In this document: positions 13,478 to 27,122 of the stretch, one piece after another | Numbering within the stretch: the first letter of the stretch is position 1 | Layout: each line of letters starts with the position of its first letter | Assembly: GCA_040954595.2 (NCBI GenBank) | Contig: CM082585.2 | Coordinates: forward strand, 5,977,808-6,041,807 | DNA length: 64,000 bases | From: Balanoglossus misakiensis | Lineage: Eukaryota > Animalia > Hemichordata | Reading direction: 5' to 3' | Made by a program: the position numbers and the translations under genes | The notes under the pieces: model-generated | What the model saw: only the letters and a program-made list of their open reading frames with translations | Database searches by the model: none | Told to the model about the DNA's origin: nothing

Positions 13478-16400
13478 TTACTTCCATACACTTGACGTCC
13501 GTATCCCTTTCCTGACTCCGTGCACAGACACTTTCTTCTCTTTTTGTTGATGAGTGGTTGCCTTGGTGATTGGTCCCTTACCGTGCGGACACAGCTGTAC
13601 ATTGGGCTGAGGTGCTCTCAGCTGATTGGTTGGTCTGGATCCTGGCTGCTGTCTGATTGGCTGTCTGCTTGGGATCTGAAAAGATATTGAGTGACATTAT
13701 GCATACATTTTTTTTATGCACACAGCAACCCTATATGTAACTGTTCACAAAGTAAAGCATCTCTAATTCTACTCTACATTTTGTATCAATAATATTAATT
13801 ACAAAATGGATACTGCAGTCATTATCAATAATCTCAGAACATCTATCAGCATAGGATTAACATGCAAGAAAGTCAAGTGTCAATCCCCACAAAACATTAG
13901 ACCATGACTTTTCCCTGTTACATTCCACGTCAGAACCATCACCTACCATATGATAGTAAATTTTAAGGTATATCTAAAAACCCTTTCACCACCAAATTTT
14001 GGTATCACCCCATTGTTTTTGGACCTATCTACTCATAAATGAGGGTTAAAGGGTTAAGCCAACAACTGCAAGACAGGTCACTTTGCCAAGGCATGCAGAG
14101 ACTGTTACCAGACTTGTAATGGGATGAAGACAACATGCATAGCAAAAGTAAGAGGGTCTTGTATATAAAAACGAATAACAGAATTATAGATCAAGAGATT
14201 GAAACTCACAAGTCATCAGTCTGTAAGTGAAGAAGATGGCAAACATGAAAGAATAGGACGGAAGATACATTTAATGTTTATACGATACTGCTGGATTATC
14301 ACAGAAATATGAAAACATGAAAGGAGTTAAAACAATTTTTCACAGGTTTATAACACCTAATATATATGTCACTGACATTCTAGGATTTCAAGACTGAGTA
14401 TTCAATAAATAATTGTGGTCTCATCTTGAAAGAATGAAACATCTTCTCGTGCTGACACGTACCTGTTGTTGTCTTCCTTTTGGCATTTGGTTGCCAAGGT
14501 TACGCCTTGCTTTCGGCACCCCAGTCTGTGGTTGTTTCTGTTTCTGTTCGTTTTGCTCTCTGTGAAAAGAAAAGTAAAGTTGTTACTCATATTTCAGGGA
14601 CGCATGTCTTTCAAACCTTCTGTTTAGTACCTAAGATTGTTATCATGCAATAATTTGAAGGAAAAAACAGCCATTCGGTTCCTCAGGGTAATTTATAATT
14701 ATTTACAATTCAAATTTTCTCCCTGGGGTAATATGGTGTGTGTTGAGCTGTCATTACTGACAATTCAGCATACTTCATTGAGCAGAACAACATAAAAATC
14801 TTTCAAAGAAAATAAAAGAACCAAAATAATGTGACAGTTAAAGTATTTTCACTTACAGTATCTGTGGAATTTCTCTCAGGTACGTAAACAGCTCATTGGC
14901 TGTCGGTAGACTTTCTGGCTTCTGATTGGTTGACTCTTGACCATCTGGTTGGTTCAGACTCTCCTGTTTCCTGTATAATTCCAACAGCCTCGATATTTCA
15001 GCCACCTGCACTGGTGTCAGTACGCCTTGTGGCTGTGGTTTATCAGATGCTGCTGCAAAGTTAATATCCATAGATGTCAATCGAAGATACCAGTTGGTTG
15101 AGGAAAGACGTTTGTGTTTACAGTATCATAATCACTATATGCATACATAAACATATTGTGATGTTGAATTATTGAACTACGAAAAACTTCCTGGTTTTAT
15201 TTGGAAGAAACATTACAAGACTTACTTGTGACATCTTTAGTTGGTGATTGATACATATCTGAATTCTGACTTGGTGGAAGCTTGGCTTTCTCCTTCAGAT
15301 CCGTTTCTTCTTTCCGTAGTGTGGGTGCTACCGTAGGTTTGTGGCTCTGTACGGAAGGCTGGTGGTTTGTGTCTCTGGTGGGGAAGTTGTTTCCGCGGAC
15401 TGGCATTCCTGGGTTGTGTCGGGTCTCTGCGCTGCCATCCGTGGTTGGTCTGCTCGGTGGGTTCGTGTACGGTTGGTGGTGCATGCCTCCCATGTTGATC
15501 TCCCGGACGGCCTTCTTGATCGGACAGCTGCCTGTGGATGTGTCTGTCGGACAGGAAGATGGGATTTATCAAGGGGTCGGACAAGTCTACAGCTAGTCAA
15601 TCCCAACGTTCAGATTGACCCAGAATTTTGATGTGCATGGGTTCATACAAAAACAAGAGAAACAGGTCCCAAAGGATTCAACTGTACACACTGCAGTTAA
15701 CCTTGAAAGCCATTTAGTTCATCTTCACAAAGAACTGAACGTCACATCTGAAGCAAGGTCATCCATATTTTACCTGACTTGGCAGATCTTGCAGAATACT
15801 GTTCCGGTTCTCCGCTGCTTTCATCACTCTGTTGATCCAACGGCGATCCTGGTGACCTATCAAGTAGCTGTAAAAAAAAGGGATCATATTAAATGCTTTT
15901 CATATCGTATGAAAACAACGGATCAAAAATCTGTTAAATTCAGTAGAATTCAGTATCTGCAGAATCAGGTTTATGATCACTGAACATTGTCAAATACTCA
16001 CTCTAATGATATGGTTGTTAACAATCTTGGTAGATCAGACATACATGTAGTTTGCCAGACTTACCATTTTGATGTAATACTGCAGTTCATTTTGTTTGTC
16101 TTCTGTGTCCTGGAATCTGACAGGCACTTCATCATACTGCCCACTGTAAAAAAAAAGATAATTCATTTTAAATGGTAAATTTGTTGATTCAAAATAAATT
16201 AAGGACAAGGAAACTAATTAATTTGATGCTAATTCCCCAAATACTGTTGAATTTTCATAAAATATATCTCAATGCTGATACACGTATATGATCCAAGGTA
16301 AAGATACCACATCAAATATGGCTGCCAGTCGGCCATTTTGTTTTGTATCACACCAATTCAAACACACTAGCCTGTAGGACAATTTCTGCATCAATGATTT

Positions 16401-19400
16401 GAGATAAATGTACAACTATGTACTCTGTAAACTAAAGAAGCTGTGCCATGTTTTTTTAACATTTAAAACTTCACTATTTAATTATTTTTAAAGCTGTATG
16501 AATTTTTACCAGTGAAAACTTACTGTGTATTTTCTAGGGGTCCAGCTGACAGCACACTGTAATCCGCTTTACTGTCTCTGCCATGTACAGTAGAATACCC
16601 ATGATTCTCTTCCCCAGATCTGCCATCGTGGTACGACTGCATGCCATGATGCTGCATGGTGTCATCATCAACTTCTTCATTCCAAGTGTTTACTACGGAA
16701 GGTCAATAAAAATTGCCAAATTTTCAAAAAAATTCACCTATTGGAGATATAAACTATAAACTATGGAAGGTTGATAAAATTTGCCAAAACTTAAAAAAAA
16801 ATAACTTTTGGAGATATAACAGTACGATTAAGAACAAGTGATAGACTGAACAGCAGCCAAGCACAGACATGAACAGAAATTCAACATTGCAATGTCTGAA
16901 TACGAAAACAATGCATGCATCCATCTTTGCGCAAGAAAATACTATCATGAGCTCTGCTTATTCTTTATACATGTACTGCAAAATAATACTTTTACATGGA
17001 AAGCAATTTAATGTTCATGATCGTTTTTTATTTCTTTATTACAAGGGTCTCTACCTGTTTCCATGGTATTATTGTGCTGCTCCAATGGATAGAAGCTATC
17101 ATCTTTTTGCAAGATACTCGGACCATGTACATCCATCTCATTTATATCTCTGTCCTGTTTATCTGTGTACATCCCCTCTTTTGCTACACTCCCCCACAGT
17201 TCATGATTTCTGGGCTTGTCTTGGATATCCCTGCTGTAGCTGTGTTCACGTTCTCTTGTGTCTTCCTTTGGTATTTGTTGGTTTTGTGGCCTCTGTCGGT
17301 AGTGGGCGTCGGAAAACTGCTGGTGTGGATGGGTGGGGCGGTGAAGAACAGGTTCTTGGTAGCTCTGGGGGTTGGAACGCCTGCTTGGGGATAAATTGGA
17401 TGAACCTGTATTCAGAGATTAAAAAGGAAAACAGGTAAAGTTTTTGAAGAAGCCAATCTTGAGAATAAGATGTTATTTTGTTATGTATATATACATGTAC
17501 TGTAAATATATGTACTGTAATATAGATACATGTACTGTAATGTGTACTGTAGTGTTCAAACAAGCCAGTCATGTTGGTTATATGCAAATGATGGCAAAAT
17601 TGACATGCTGAACTTGTACAAGTCAACTTGCTTTGAAGTAAACTGTAGTTGATACAGAGAGCAAAAAATTCTGAAATCATAACCTAAAGTCGCAGCTATT
17701 CTCTAATCAGTTTAAGCTGAATGCCATGACAAAAGAAAGTCCCACCTTGCCACGCTGGTGGTTCTTCCGATATCGTCGTAAGACCGGTTGAATACTGGGC
17801 GTGGTTATCGTTCCTATTCTCGTATTCGTAATCCAGTCCGATGTCGTCGTCTTGGTACTCGGGCCGTCCCGGGGCAGTCTGGTAACGGAAGTCAGGATGG
17901 CCGGTTGTCCTACCCTGGTACGCGTCGGTTGTCGCGAACAAGCCGGCGGTATCTGCCAGCTGACTCAGCTCACTGAGTATACCACTGCTGATGCCACTGA
18001 GGTTGGCGTTCTGTCCAGCTGCCTGGGGATGCCAAAATCACACAAACGATTCAGAGATTGATTTATATACTGTAAAACACTTTATTTTCGCGAGCAATTA
18101 ATTTTCGCCAAATACGCGAGAGCCAAAATAGCGTGAAAATAAAAAGTCGCGTAATTTTTTTTTAAGGTAGCGATACAGTGAATGAAAAAAGAGAATGTGA
18201 AAATTAATACTCGCGAAACAGTGGCCTCTCTCGATATCGCAAAAATTTTGACTCGCGAAAATAAAGTGTTTTACAGTAGATAACAGTCAGAATGCACGAG
18301 GGGAACTGGTTTTCTGCTGCAACGACTCACAACTCCATATTTGGGCTCTATTTTCAAGTCTCTTTCTAGACAAAATTATTGTACAACATAGAGGCATGTA
18401 CAGCAGAACCTTCTGAAACCGAACCGTCTAATCTGGAAACCTGTCTTTCCAATGTACTGACCATTTTTTACCCCATCCCTTTGACATAAAACGACATGTT
18501 CAAAGAACCTCTATAAACCGGACACCTCTGCAAACTGAAATTTCTTCAGTCCCTTTGGTGTTTGGTTTAGACAGGTTTTACTGTATCTGTAGTTCCTAAA
18601 CAGATATAAACTTGGTTTTGATACCTTCCAGAGTGACTGCGATGTTGATAGATACGGTCCACCGAGTAACATCAGTGCTTCATTGCAGTGTGACTGCATC
18701 AAGGTCTGCAACTTGGCGACCAATTCTGATCTGAAAGAACGCAAAACATTCAAAGGTTGAGATACAGAACTTTGAAAGAGTGTTGAATTAACTGTGGTAT
18801 TCAGAGTTCACAAATTGCTGAAAATAGCAACTATTGAGAAAACCAAATTTGGGAAACTCGCAGACAAGTTGAAATTATGAGTAGAAATTATCAAACGTTC
18901 TAAAATTGCATAAAGGACAGTGCTTACTTGTGTAGTTCCATCTTCTGTTTGGCTTTCTGTAAGTCTGCGATCTCCATTCTGCAATCTTCAAGTCTACAAT
19001 GCACCAAAGAAACAAACTATATCATAGAGTCGAATACAAAATATTCTATCATTGTATCAATCAATGGACAGTGGCAGGCCTGGGATGATGTTTAATTTTA
19101 TAGAGAAATTTATTTTTTGGAATGCATAGTATATTTCAACATGTTTACAATCTGGACATGTTCATAGATGTTAAAATTTCTCTGAAAATAATGCAATAAC
19201 TCAGTTTTGATGTACACACCTCCCTTCATACTCTTGCATGGTGGCTTTCAATCGTGCATCTTTCTTCGTCAACTCGAGCTCCGAATCCAACCTTCTCTGT
19301 TCCAAATCGTCGTGGTGTCTCTCGGTCATTTCCTGTATTTGCCTATGATTGGCTTCTCGGATTTCGGCCTCAGTGGTTGCCAACTTCTCATGCAAATCAG

Positions 19401-22400
19401 CAAGGCTGTCGGCCATCTTGGGAACGAAAAGAAACAAAATTGAACATTGGAAATGCAGAACTGGCAGCCCAATATTCACCTACATTGTACTCTGTCCACA
19501 TATGTAAAAATGATCACTTTGTATCCTCTTTCATATACCCAGAAATAAAAGGGTTCACTGGACAAGTATAACCAATCATATTTTGTGTAACAAATACACA
19601 ACCAATCATATTTTGTGTATCAGAAGTTTGCTGGATAACAATGCCCAATCATGTTTCCTGTAACAAAAAAGTTTGCCGGAAAGTAATAACCAATCATATT
19701 TTGTGTAACAAAGGTTTGCTGGACATGAAAACCAAATCATGACTTTACCAGTTTTTCCATGGCAGACTGGTGTTCAGACTCCATCTTGGATTGTGTGGCT
19801 TCGTGTCTAGCTTCCAGTAAACTAATCTCCATTTTCAAATTTTCCTGTTTTAGAAAGAAAATGAATATGTTATATGTGAACTAGATTATTCTTATTTTCC
19901 TCAAGCAAATGTGGTTGCCTTGCTTAAACAGTTCACAAATCTAATTTTTATCATTTCAACAATACTTTCAATACTACTAATTGAGATATTGCAAAATATA
20001 TATGCACAAAGCTGTATTTCAATTGGACCACAAATTGCCAGTTCGTACATCGTCAACATTCTAAAACATCCAAAAAATATCCATTGATCATTGCTTTATT
20101 GTGCCTGTCAATAAGATTTAAATATAATTTCTATTAGGGATCCAACATTTACATAACCATATTACCTTATCTCTCTTGGCAGTATCCAATTCCATTTTCA
20201 CTTTGTCAAGTTCAGTTTGTACTGACGACAGCACCATCTGCAAATCGTCTGCTATTCTCTTCTCTCTCTCCAAGTTTTTCTGAATAAAAAAAAAACATTA
20301 GCTTTAACAGTTCATGCAAAGTTGCATTGTCATTGACCAATCAATAACTTTAGTACAAAAATGACACCACACACCTAGCGCAGGACGATTCAATACAATT
20401 GGGTATAGTCTCATTTACCTTTTCTTGATTCATGGAAGTGAAATGTTCTTCTGTGACTTTTGAGAGTTTTTCCTGCAATTCCTCCTCCACATTATGCCAA
20501 CGTTCGCGTTCCTGAAGGGGAAAAAAACGGAATCATTCCATAATACCAAAATTTCACGGTAAATTGAAGAATGAAACTTGTCTATTGATGACAACTCTTG
20601 CAGGATACATACCTGATTCAAAGTTCTTCCAAGTTCTTCCACCTGTTTTTCCAATTTCTCATTTTTCTTCACTGCCCTATATTTGTCATCCTCCAGTTTT
20701 TCCATCCTCTTCCTTTCTTTCTCAATGGCTTTCAGAGTTTCGTTTCTCTCGATGTTTATCTTTTGCATCTTTTGAAAACAAGAGAGTGAACACTATGATA
20801 GCAATACGTGGAATATTTCTTTCTGGTTTCTAAACAATATGTGAAACACATTTGAAGAAACAACACAAGCCAGATTTTTCCTTTTTAATAAAAATCTGAG
20901 ACATTATAGATTGCATAACAGCACATTTTCCTTGTGTCTTGGCTCTGAGGTATATTATTATGGAAAATGTTTGACAAGAGTAATTGACAACACCCTATAC
21001 CATACCTGTGTTTCTCTTTCAGATTCTGCACGTGAAGCCCTCAGCTGTTCTTTAGTCAATTGTTCAACGGCCTGTGATAGCTCCGACTCAAGTTTTCTCA
21101 GCAGCTGACGAGGAAACAGACATGGTCGAATTGAGTGGCAGGACTTTACGAAGGGAGGGGTTGTCATGGAGAACTACAAATAGCAGGCTGTCATGGTAAC
21201 ATGAAGTAACATGGGGGATAGTCAATGACAGTGGAGGGGGGTGGTACTAGTTTTGTTTACCTCTTGTTGTCTTGTATTTGTTGACTCAAATTTTTCCTTT
21301 TCAATTCTCAGTTTCTCGATAAACACGGTCTTCTCACTCTCATGTTTTTTCCATCCGTCAACCACTCTGGCAAGTGTCTTCGGAGAAAACAAAATAATTC
21401 AGTTTAAAAATAAGGATACATTGTAGTGAAGTGTAATATGTGATATCACTGATCATAGCAAAGCCGTATTTACCAAGTTAATTTACCTGCTTTTTACCTG
21501 TACATGTACATGTATGCAAGTTCAGAACCATGTCACTACAACAAACCGATCAATATAAAATACTGTAATGTGGATAACAGAAAGTCATGGTGTATCAGTG
21601 TATTATAGGCTAGAAGAACACATGGACAGAAATTGCAATAAACTACTCAGAATTGAAGATTCCTTTACCTTGTCTAGCTGTTCTATCATGACGTCTTTTT
21701 TCCGGTCTGTGGACACGGCTACTGCCAACTGTTGCTGCACTTCGAGTAACTTGCTCTGCAGTTGTTGAATCTGTTTCTCACAATGCTGAGGGGATATGGA
21801 AGATGGAAATATTACTCAAGGTTCAGGGGAGCACAAGATCGGTAATCACAGTGTGACACTTTTTGATAAGTTTACTGAAATGGCCAATGTTTCATATAGA
21901 TTGAAACACTGAAGGATTCAAATATTGTAGGGTGATTCATACATGTAGTGTAAAATGATGACAATTTTTATACGAGGGGTCATTTGATATCCCTCTGATT
22001 AATTTAAACTCTTCCAACCCCCAAGTAAAGTAGAGGAAGGAGAATATCCTCTCTCGAATTTTAACATCTTAGAGAGGTATATATGATTACTTTTGGAATG
22101 AATCATAATGGTACAGCCAAACAGAAGAAAGCATTATGCATTAAACACAACAATGATGACCAATTTCTGCTAACATTGACTTAGATCATGACGGTCAAAA
22201 AATTGCCGGGAGACAACCGATAACCTACCTTTCTCCGGAACATTTCCTTTTCCACTCTCTCCCTCAACAGCTGGTTCTCCGTGTACAGCGTCGTGTCCGT
22301 GGTCCGGCTGGATCTGGACGAGGAAGGATTCCACCATTTGGACGACAATCCCATTCCGCTGTCGTATCCCAGGGTGCCGAGCGGCGAGACATCGTTGTAC

Positions 22401-24444
22401 GCTTTGGCGCTACGAAGACATTGTGTGTAGAATAGATAGGTGAAGTTTCGTGATGCAGATATGTGTCGGTAATGGTGAAACCCTCACTCACTTTCTGAAG
22501 GGTCCAAATTTCACTGGCTAAATTCAACAAAATTCAGAGATGGGAGAATATTTGCTTTTTCAAGCAAATTTCACTCCACTTTCGTATCCCAGATACCTGA
22601 AACATATTGCTATGTAATTTTACCTGATCAGAGCTTCTGTCCTAACACTGTCAAAGGACTCTTCATTGCCATGACTAGTATCCACAGCATTAGAGGTGTT
22701 GCCAAGGACTTCAGTGACAGAATCATTGGTGTGGTCGAAACTGTCCCGATCTGCAAAATTCAAGTTGATATCAACGATTTTCGACTCTTGAAGTTTGAGA
22801 ACTGAGATTTTTACTGACATGCAAAGTGGAGTCAAATATTCTGCAAAGAAGTCTAAAAGAAAGGCAAATGGGTAAAATTACTTGGTATTTGCTGCTTTCC
22901 CAGTTTCAGCATGCTGTGAAGATGATCTCGAACATTCTGCATATCTTGGATGTCATCAGAGACGATGTCAGAATGGTCCTGAAATAAAGACAAGACAAAA
23001 TTGTTGTTCAGCTGACTTTCCACTTAAAAGGTAGAAAATGTGTGCCCTTTCACCCCAGTTCCTTCTCCATGTATAGAGGTCCAACTTTACCATCATAAAC
23101 AATGGATTTGGACCAAACCATTGAGGTGAAAGGGTTAACCACGCAACTGTACAAAATGTACATCATTATAGACGCAAGTTGAGAACTATCTTTTTTGTCT
23201 CGTGTAAAATGTTATTTTGTTATGTACAATTGAACAGTTTTTCATTATGTGATACCACTACACACCTTAGCACTGTAACTGTCCATGCCTGACTTTGGGA
23301 GATCTGACTTCAGTGATGACAGAATGGATCCCATATTGGTCAGACTGGGCATGCTTCCAGACAGACCGTAGCGCGAGCTTTTGACTGGCGACTTCCCGGA
23401 CAGACTGGCGTATTTTTCCCTCCACGACACGGGACGGAATTCTGTCTTTTCTGGAATGTCCTTTTCAATGGATGGTTTGGTTGACTGCGAAGCTGATGTG
23501 CTGACTGTTGCCTTGGTTTCTGGTTTCTCGGGAGAGTTTCGAACTGGCACGTGTCTGACGGTGGAACCGGTCTTATCGCTGGCGTCGTCGGATTCAGACC
23601 GACCCTTGCCGCTCCAGTCGTCCCTCTTCTCTTTCGGTCTGACGTCGCTAGCTCTCGAGTCTCTACCGGTGACTGGACTTGTGATGCTTTCCTTGGGACT
23701 TCCGTCGAATCCGATTTCCAGCCCCGCCCCCGAGGTCAGGTAAACGCCGTGGCTCTGGCTGAACAGCTGCCGGCTAGTCGGCGACTTCTCCTTCGGTTTA
23801 GCGGACCAACTTCTGTCGGGGTCATCCTCCACATTATTCAAGGACGTCATAGATTTACTCTTTCTCGTTTCCTCTAAATCTTTGCTCTCCTGCAAGGAAG
23901 CCATGAGTCGCTGCGTGATGCTGGCGGCGAGATCTCGGTCGAACGGCGTCGACGGCAGCGACTTCGTCGACTGATATTTCAGTGAAGAACTCGATGTGTC
24001 TCGCGAGGAAGACCGGTAACTGTATCTCTCGGAACTGCTTTGCGTTTCGGTCTTTTCGAGCCTGTAGCTCGACCGCCAGTCATCGTCAGCTTTTCTCGTG
24101 TACTTTCTTTCACCGTAACTATCTCGTAACGAAGACGGGCTTCCCTTGTCCACAGTCGTCATCTTCAGCGGGCTCGACTCCCGAGATCGTTCGAGATGAC
24201 TCTTCTTTAGAGGACTGGATTCATTCGACCTGTAACGCTGACCACTCTTATTCGGACTGGTCTCTCTGGAACTACGGTTATAATACTCGCTTTTTATCGG
24301 GCTAGTTTCTCTGGACCTCTCGTACAGGCCGCTTTTCAGGGGACTCGTTTCCCGGGATCTTCGCGGCGAGCTGTTCAAACTGCTGGTGAACGGCTCAATG
24401 CCACTTAAGAGCTCGTCTGTGTCTACGCTAGAAGTTTCCGCCAT
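13478..24444 (-). CDS. CNTROB: Centrobin (daughter-centriole protein), about 23 coding exons
   Basis: Spliced exons at about 22409-22229, 21786-21669 and 21377-21261 read ...EMFRRK/HCEKQIQQLQSKLLEVQQQLAVAVSTDRKKDVMIEQLDK/TLARVVDGWKKHESEK. This matches remembered human centrobin (RRKHCERHIQSLQTRVLELQQQLAVAVAADRKKDTMIEQLDKTLARVVEGW). First coding exon 24444-23266; last exon 13675-13478 ends ...RTSSVWK*. GT-AG phases were consistent where checked. A 5'UTR exon ends at 26388 (AG|gtgagta); candidate polyA signal at 11720-11725. Confidence 0.93.
18070..18276. mobile_element. Tc1/mariner-type MITE family A (207 bp), copy in a CNTROB intron
   Basis: Perfect TIRs CTGTAAAACACTTTATTTTCGCGAG...CTCGCGAAAATAAAGTGTTTTACAG flanked by TA. 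Three more copies lie in ACOT9. Confidence 0.9.
18401..18583. mobile_element. pogo/Tigger-like MITE remnant
   Basis: TA-CAGCAGAACC...GGTTTTACTG-TA imperfect TIRs with internal aaaccggacacctct sub-repeats. Confidence 0.6.
19570..19742. repeat. Degenerate tandem repeat in a CNTROB intron
   Basis: Four to five copies of accaatcatattttgtgtaaca / agtttgctgga blocks. Confidence 0.75.
23045..23138. mobile_element. piggyBac-like mini-MITE family B (about 90-100 bp)
   Basis: ccctt(t)tcacc...ggtgaaagggTTAA with core atggatttggaccaaacca. Related copies at about 13979-14056 (diverged), 30929-31030, 32737-32830, 39831-39918 and 46607-46698. CCC termini and TTAA flanks. Confidence 0.8.
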
Positions 24445-26387
24445 GATTCAATCTGAAAGAACATCAGTCAGAAAAATGATTAATATTGGAGATCAAGTCC
24501 TATACCAAGGTCACTGTATCAGTACTATTGATGTGAAACTGTCAAAAATGATTTTGTAGACTTTTAAAGGTACACAATAAATCTAGACACAGATATTATG
24601 GAAGGTAGAGATCTTAGAACCAATCACAGATTTTCACTTGAGCCATGCAAAAAGAAGACAAAGCCCTTTGACCACACAGTGGCGACTGGCATATGTAAAT
24701 TAGAGATTTTATGGCATTTAATACCCTATTCGAGAACACATTCATATAATGTACAATGTACTAGGATATTCTCCATAGCTTCATATATTGGAGGATTGAG
24801 TAATTAGCATATTGATGTCTAATTTGCATATTGTAGTGGTTCATAAGCCAGTATTTTGGGGGGTTACATGATATGTGTAATTGGTAGACTGTCACCAACA
24901 GAGAGGTATGTAGGCTCTTCAACAGCCCTTCCTTCCCTACAGAGCTTGGATTATCTGTTACGCATATATTGTGAGGTGAAACACATGTAGTCAGCCTATA
25001 TAGCCCAGGTGACCCCCTGCTAGAACCCTCCATGGAAAACCATATAATGCACTCTTGTGCATGCACACAGAGATATAACGTACTAGTAATCTCCTTTGTA
25101 TGAACAATCTGGTTGTACACGGTGACCTGCAAAATATCATGACCCCACCATCAAATGTCATACGGCACAGTGGGATATTATTGTAATCCTTGGTAAAGCA
25201 AAACAGCTTGCAATTAAACCACTGATTTATTATTTTTTTTCAGCCAGTGAAGTAGTGATCTGTCACTCATCATAAAACACATCTACTAATATTTTCACTG
25301 TTATTGGACTTTTGATACTCTGTGACATTTTCAATTGTCTATCAGTATAATTAAACATACAGGACATGCTTAATTAACACCTGTAAACCAAACAATATTC
25401 TCAGTACACTCTCTAGTTAGACAGGCAAACTTTACATATTAAACCTGCAATAATGCATTTGAATATGCCATATCCTGTGACCTGACCTTCAGTAGTTGTA
25501 CTGCACAATGTTCACACAGTACTTACCAAAAAAAAAATCATAACAATATTCCATTGTTAACTTTAAAAAAAATAATTTGCACTTTTTTGCCCAAATGGCT
25601 AATATAACTGTGCAAACAACTCTCTTCTTCATACTGCAATTATTGGTTAATTGTATCAGCTGAATAGAGATAACAGTGGATATGACAAACATAAAGCACT
25701 CTAGCTGGAAACAGATGTTCATATTGTGCTCTAACCATTTGTGAAGGATTTTGGTGGCGAACGCAAGCAATCAAGTTGAAGGTGTAAACAAAGCAGTGAG
25801 GTGCGATACACCGACACAAACATGCAAACTCAGTAAGGGACCAGATCCAGGACCATCAAAAATAAATGCAAAATCACTTACTTTGCCGTCTTGCTTAGAA
25901 GAGTATCGTCTAACGTTTTCCAAAGTTTCAAACAGTAACAACGAAAACGGTACAGTGATGTCGTGTTCCAGCACGGGCAAAACGAACACGTCAAAACACG
26001 AAATCGAAAATCTCAGACAAGGTTTATCGAATGATAATCAAATTAAAAGGGGATGCTTCTTGCTTTACAAATAAAATGATTTACCACAGGAATAAAATAT
26101 CACGATGGTAAAGTAATATATCTCAATCGATATTTTGATTCTTATGACTTATTTTCGACGAACGATGGAAATCTGTAAACATACACGATGCGCTGTGGCG
26201 ATCGTATGTCTGGGATAACATGTACAGACGTATTACACGCAAACACAATGTTCGACCAGCTGTTGACCACACGGAAAACAAACTGTGATCACGCTATGCG
26301 TGCTGATTGCAGTTTCTGCCAAACCGCTTTGAATGTTCCTAAGAGAGTTTGAGAAACCCACGGAAAGCACCGATCTCGTTTACTCAC

Positions 26388-26908
26388 CTTCAAGTGTGCT
26401 ATACATCTAATATACCGGCAAACGATACAGGTGTACGATCACAACAAAGTACCCACCAATTTTTAAATTGTAAACAAACAACGCATGCGTCAAGTGTCTG
26501 GCCAGAGTGAGGCTATGACCCTCGGTGACCTCAGACTGCGGTCTAAGCCTCTGTTCTGTGAGTATGTGTACAAATTCACTCTTTATATAGGTCACTATAC
26601 CAATCAAACAAATGTGATCATCTGCAGGAGTTGGCCAACATAATCATAGTGTCTAGATATCAAGAAAACACCGACGATCGAGCCGTAAAAACTCCGTAAA
26701 ACCAGGGAAACCCCTGGACTGGAGGCGAGTCGAAGAACAGAGTGTCAACACAGCAGAGTGATACGCCTTCCATTCATAACTGGTTTTCTGCAGCATCCCA
26801 GTTTTTGGCCCAAGCTGCAACAACGACAATCCTCAGCCCGGTTACAGAATCAGAAGACTAAAGGAAAAGATCAGGCTATTTGACAGACAGGCGGAAAATT
26901 ACTGAATC
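26388..26908. promoter_or_regulatory. Bidirectional promoter and first non-coding exons of CNTROB (-) and TRAPPC1 (+)
   Basis: Divergent splice donors: minus-strand AG|gtgagta at 26388/26387 and plus-strand ATC|gtaagt at 26908/26909, about 520 bp apart. Locally CpG-rich compared with the flanking introns. Confidence 0.7.
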
Positions 26909-27122
26909 GTAAGTCAAACTTATGTCCACTGCTGTATTCAGATCTAATGAAATTTACAACACTTGAAATCAACACAGGCAGGGTCTATGAACAAGGGATC
27001 ATTTCCTTGTTACACTTTAATACAGTTATATTTTAAAATTATTCCTTACAAGTGCAATGTCTGTTACAACAATCATACACTAAATTATATACTTTTTTCA
27101 TTTTTTTCCTCAGCCATGCAAT

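Noticed and set aside
15237-15584. 115-aa ORF as a CNTROB exon using acceptor gactag near 15592
   Set aside because: That frame stops before the donor at 15224. The acceptor ccgacag near 15544 gives the phase-consistent frame (…EINMGGMHHQPY…).
16869-17438. Plus-strand hydrophobic or Cys-rich ORFs resembling membrane proteins
   Set aside because: Antisense shadows of a purine-rich CNTROB exon.
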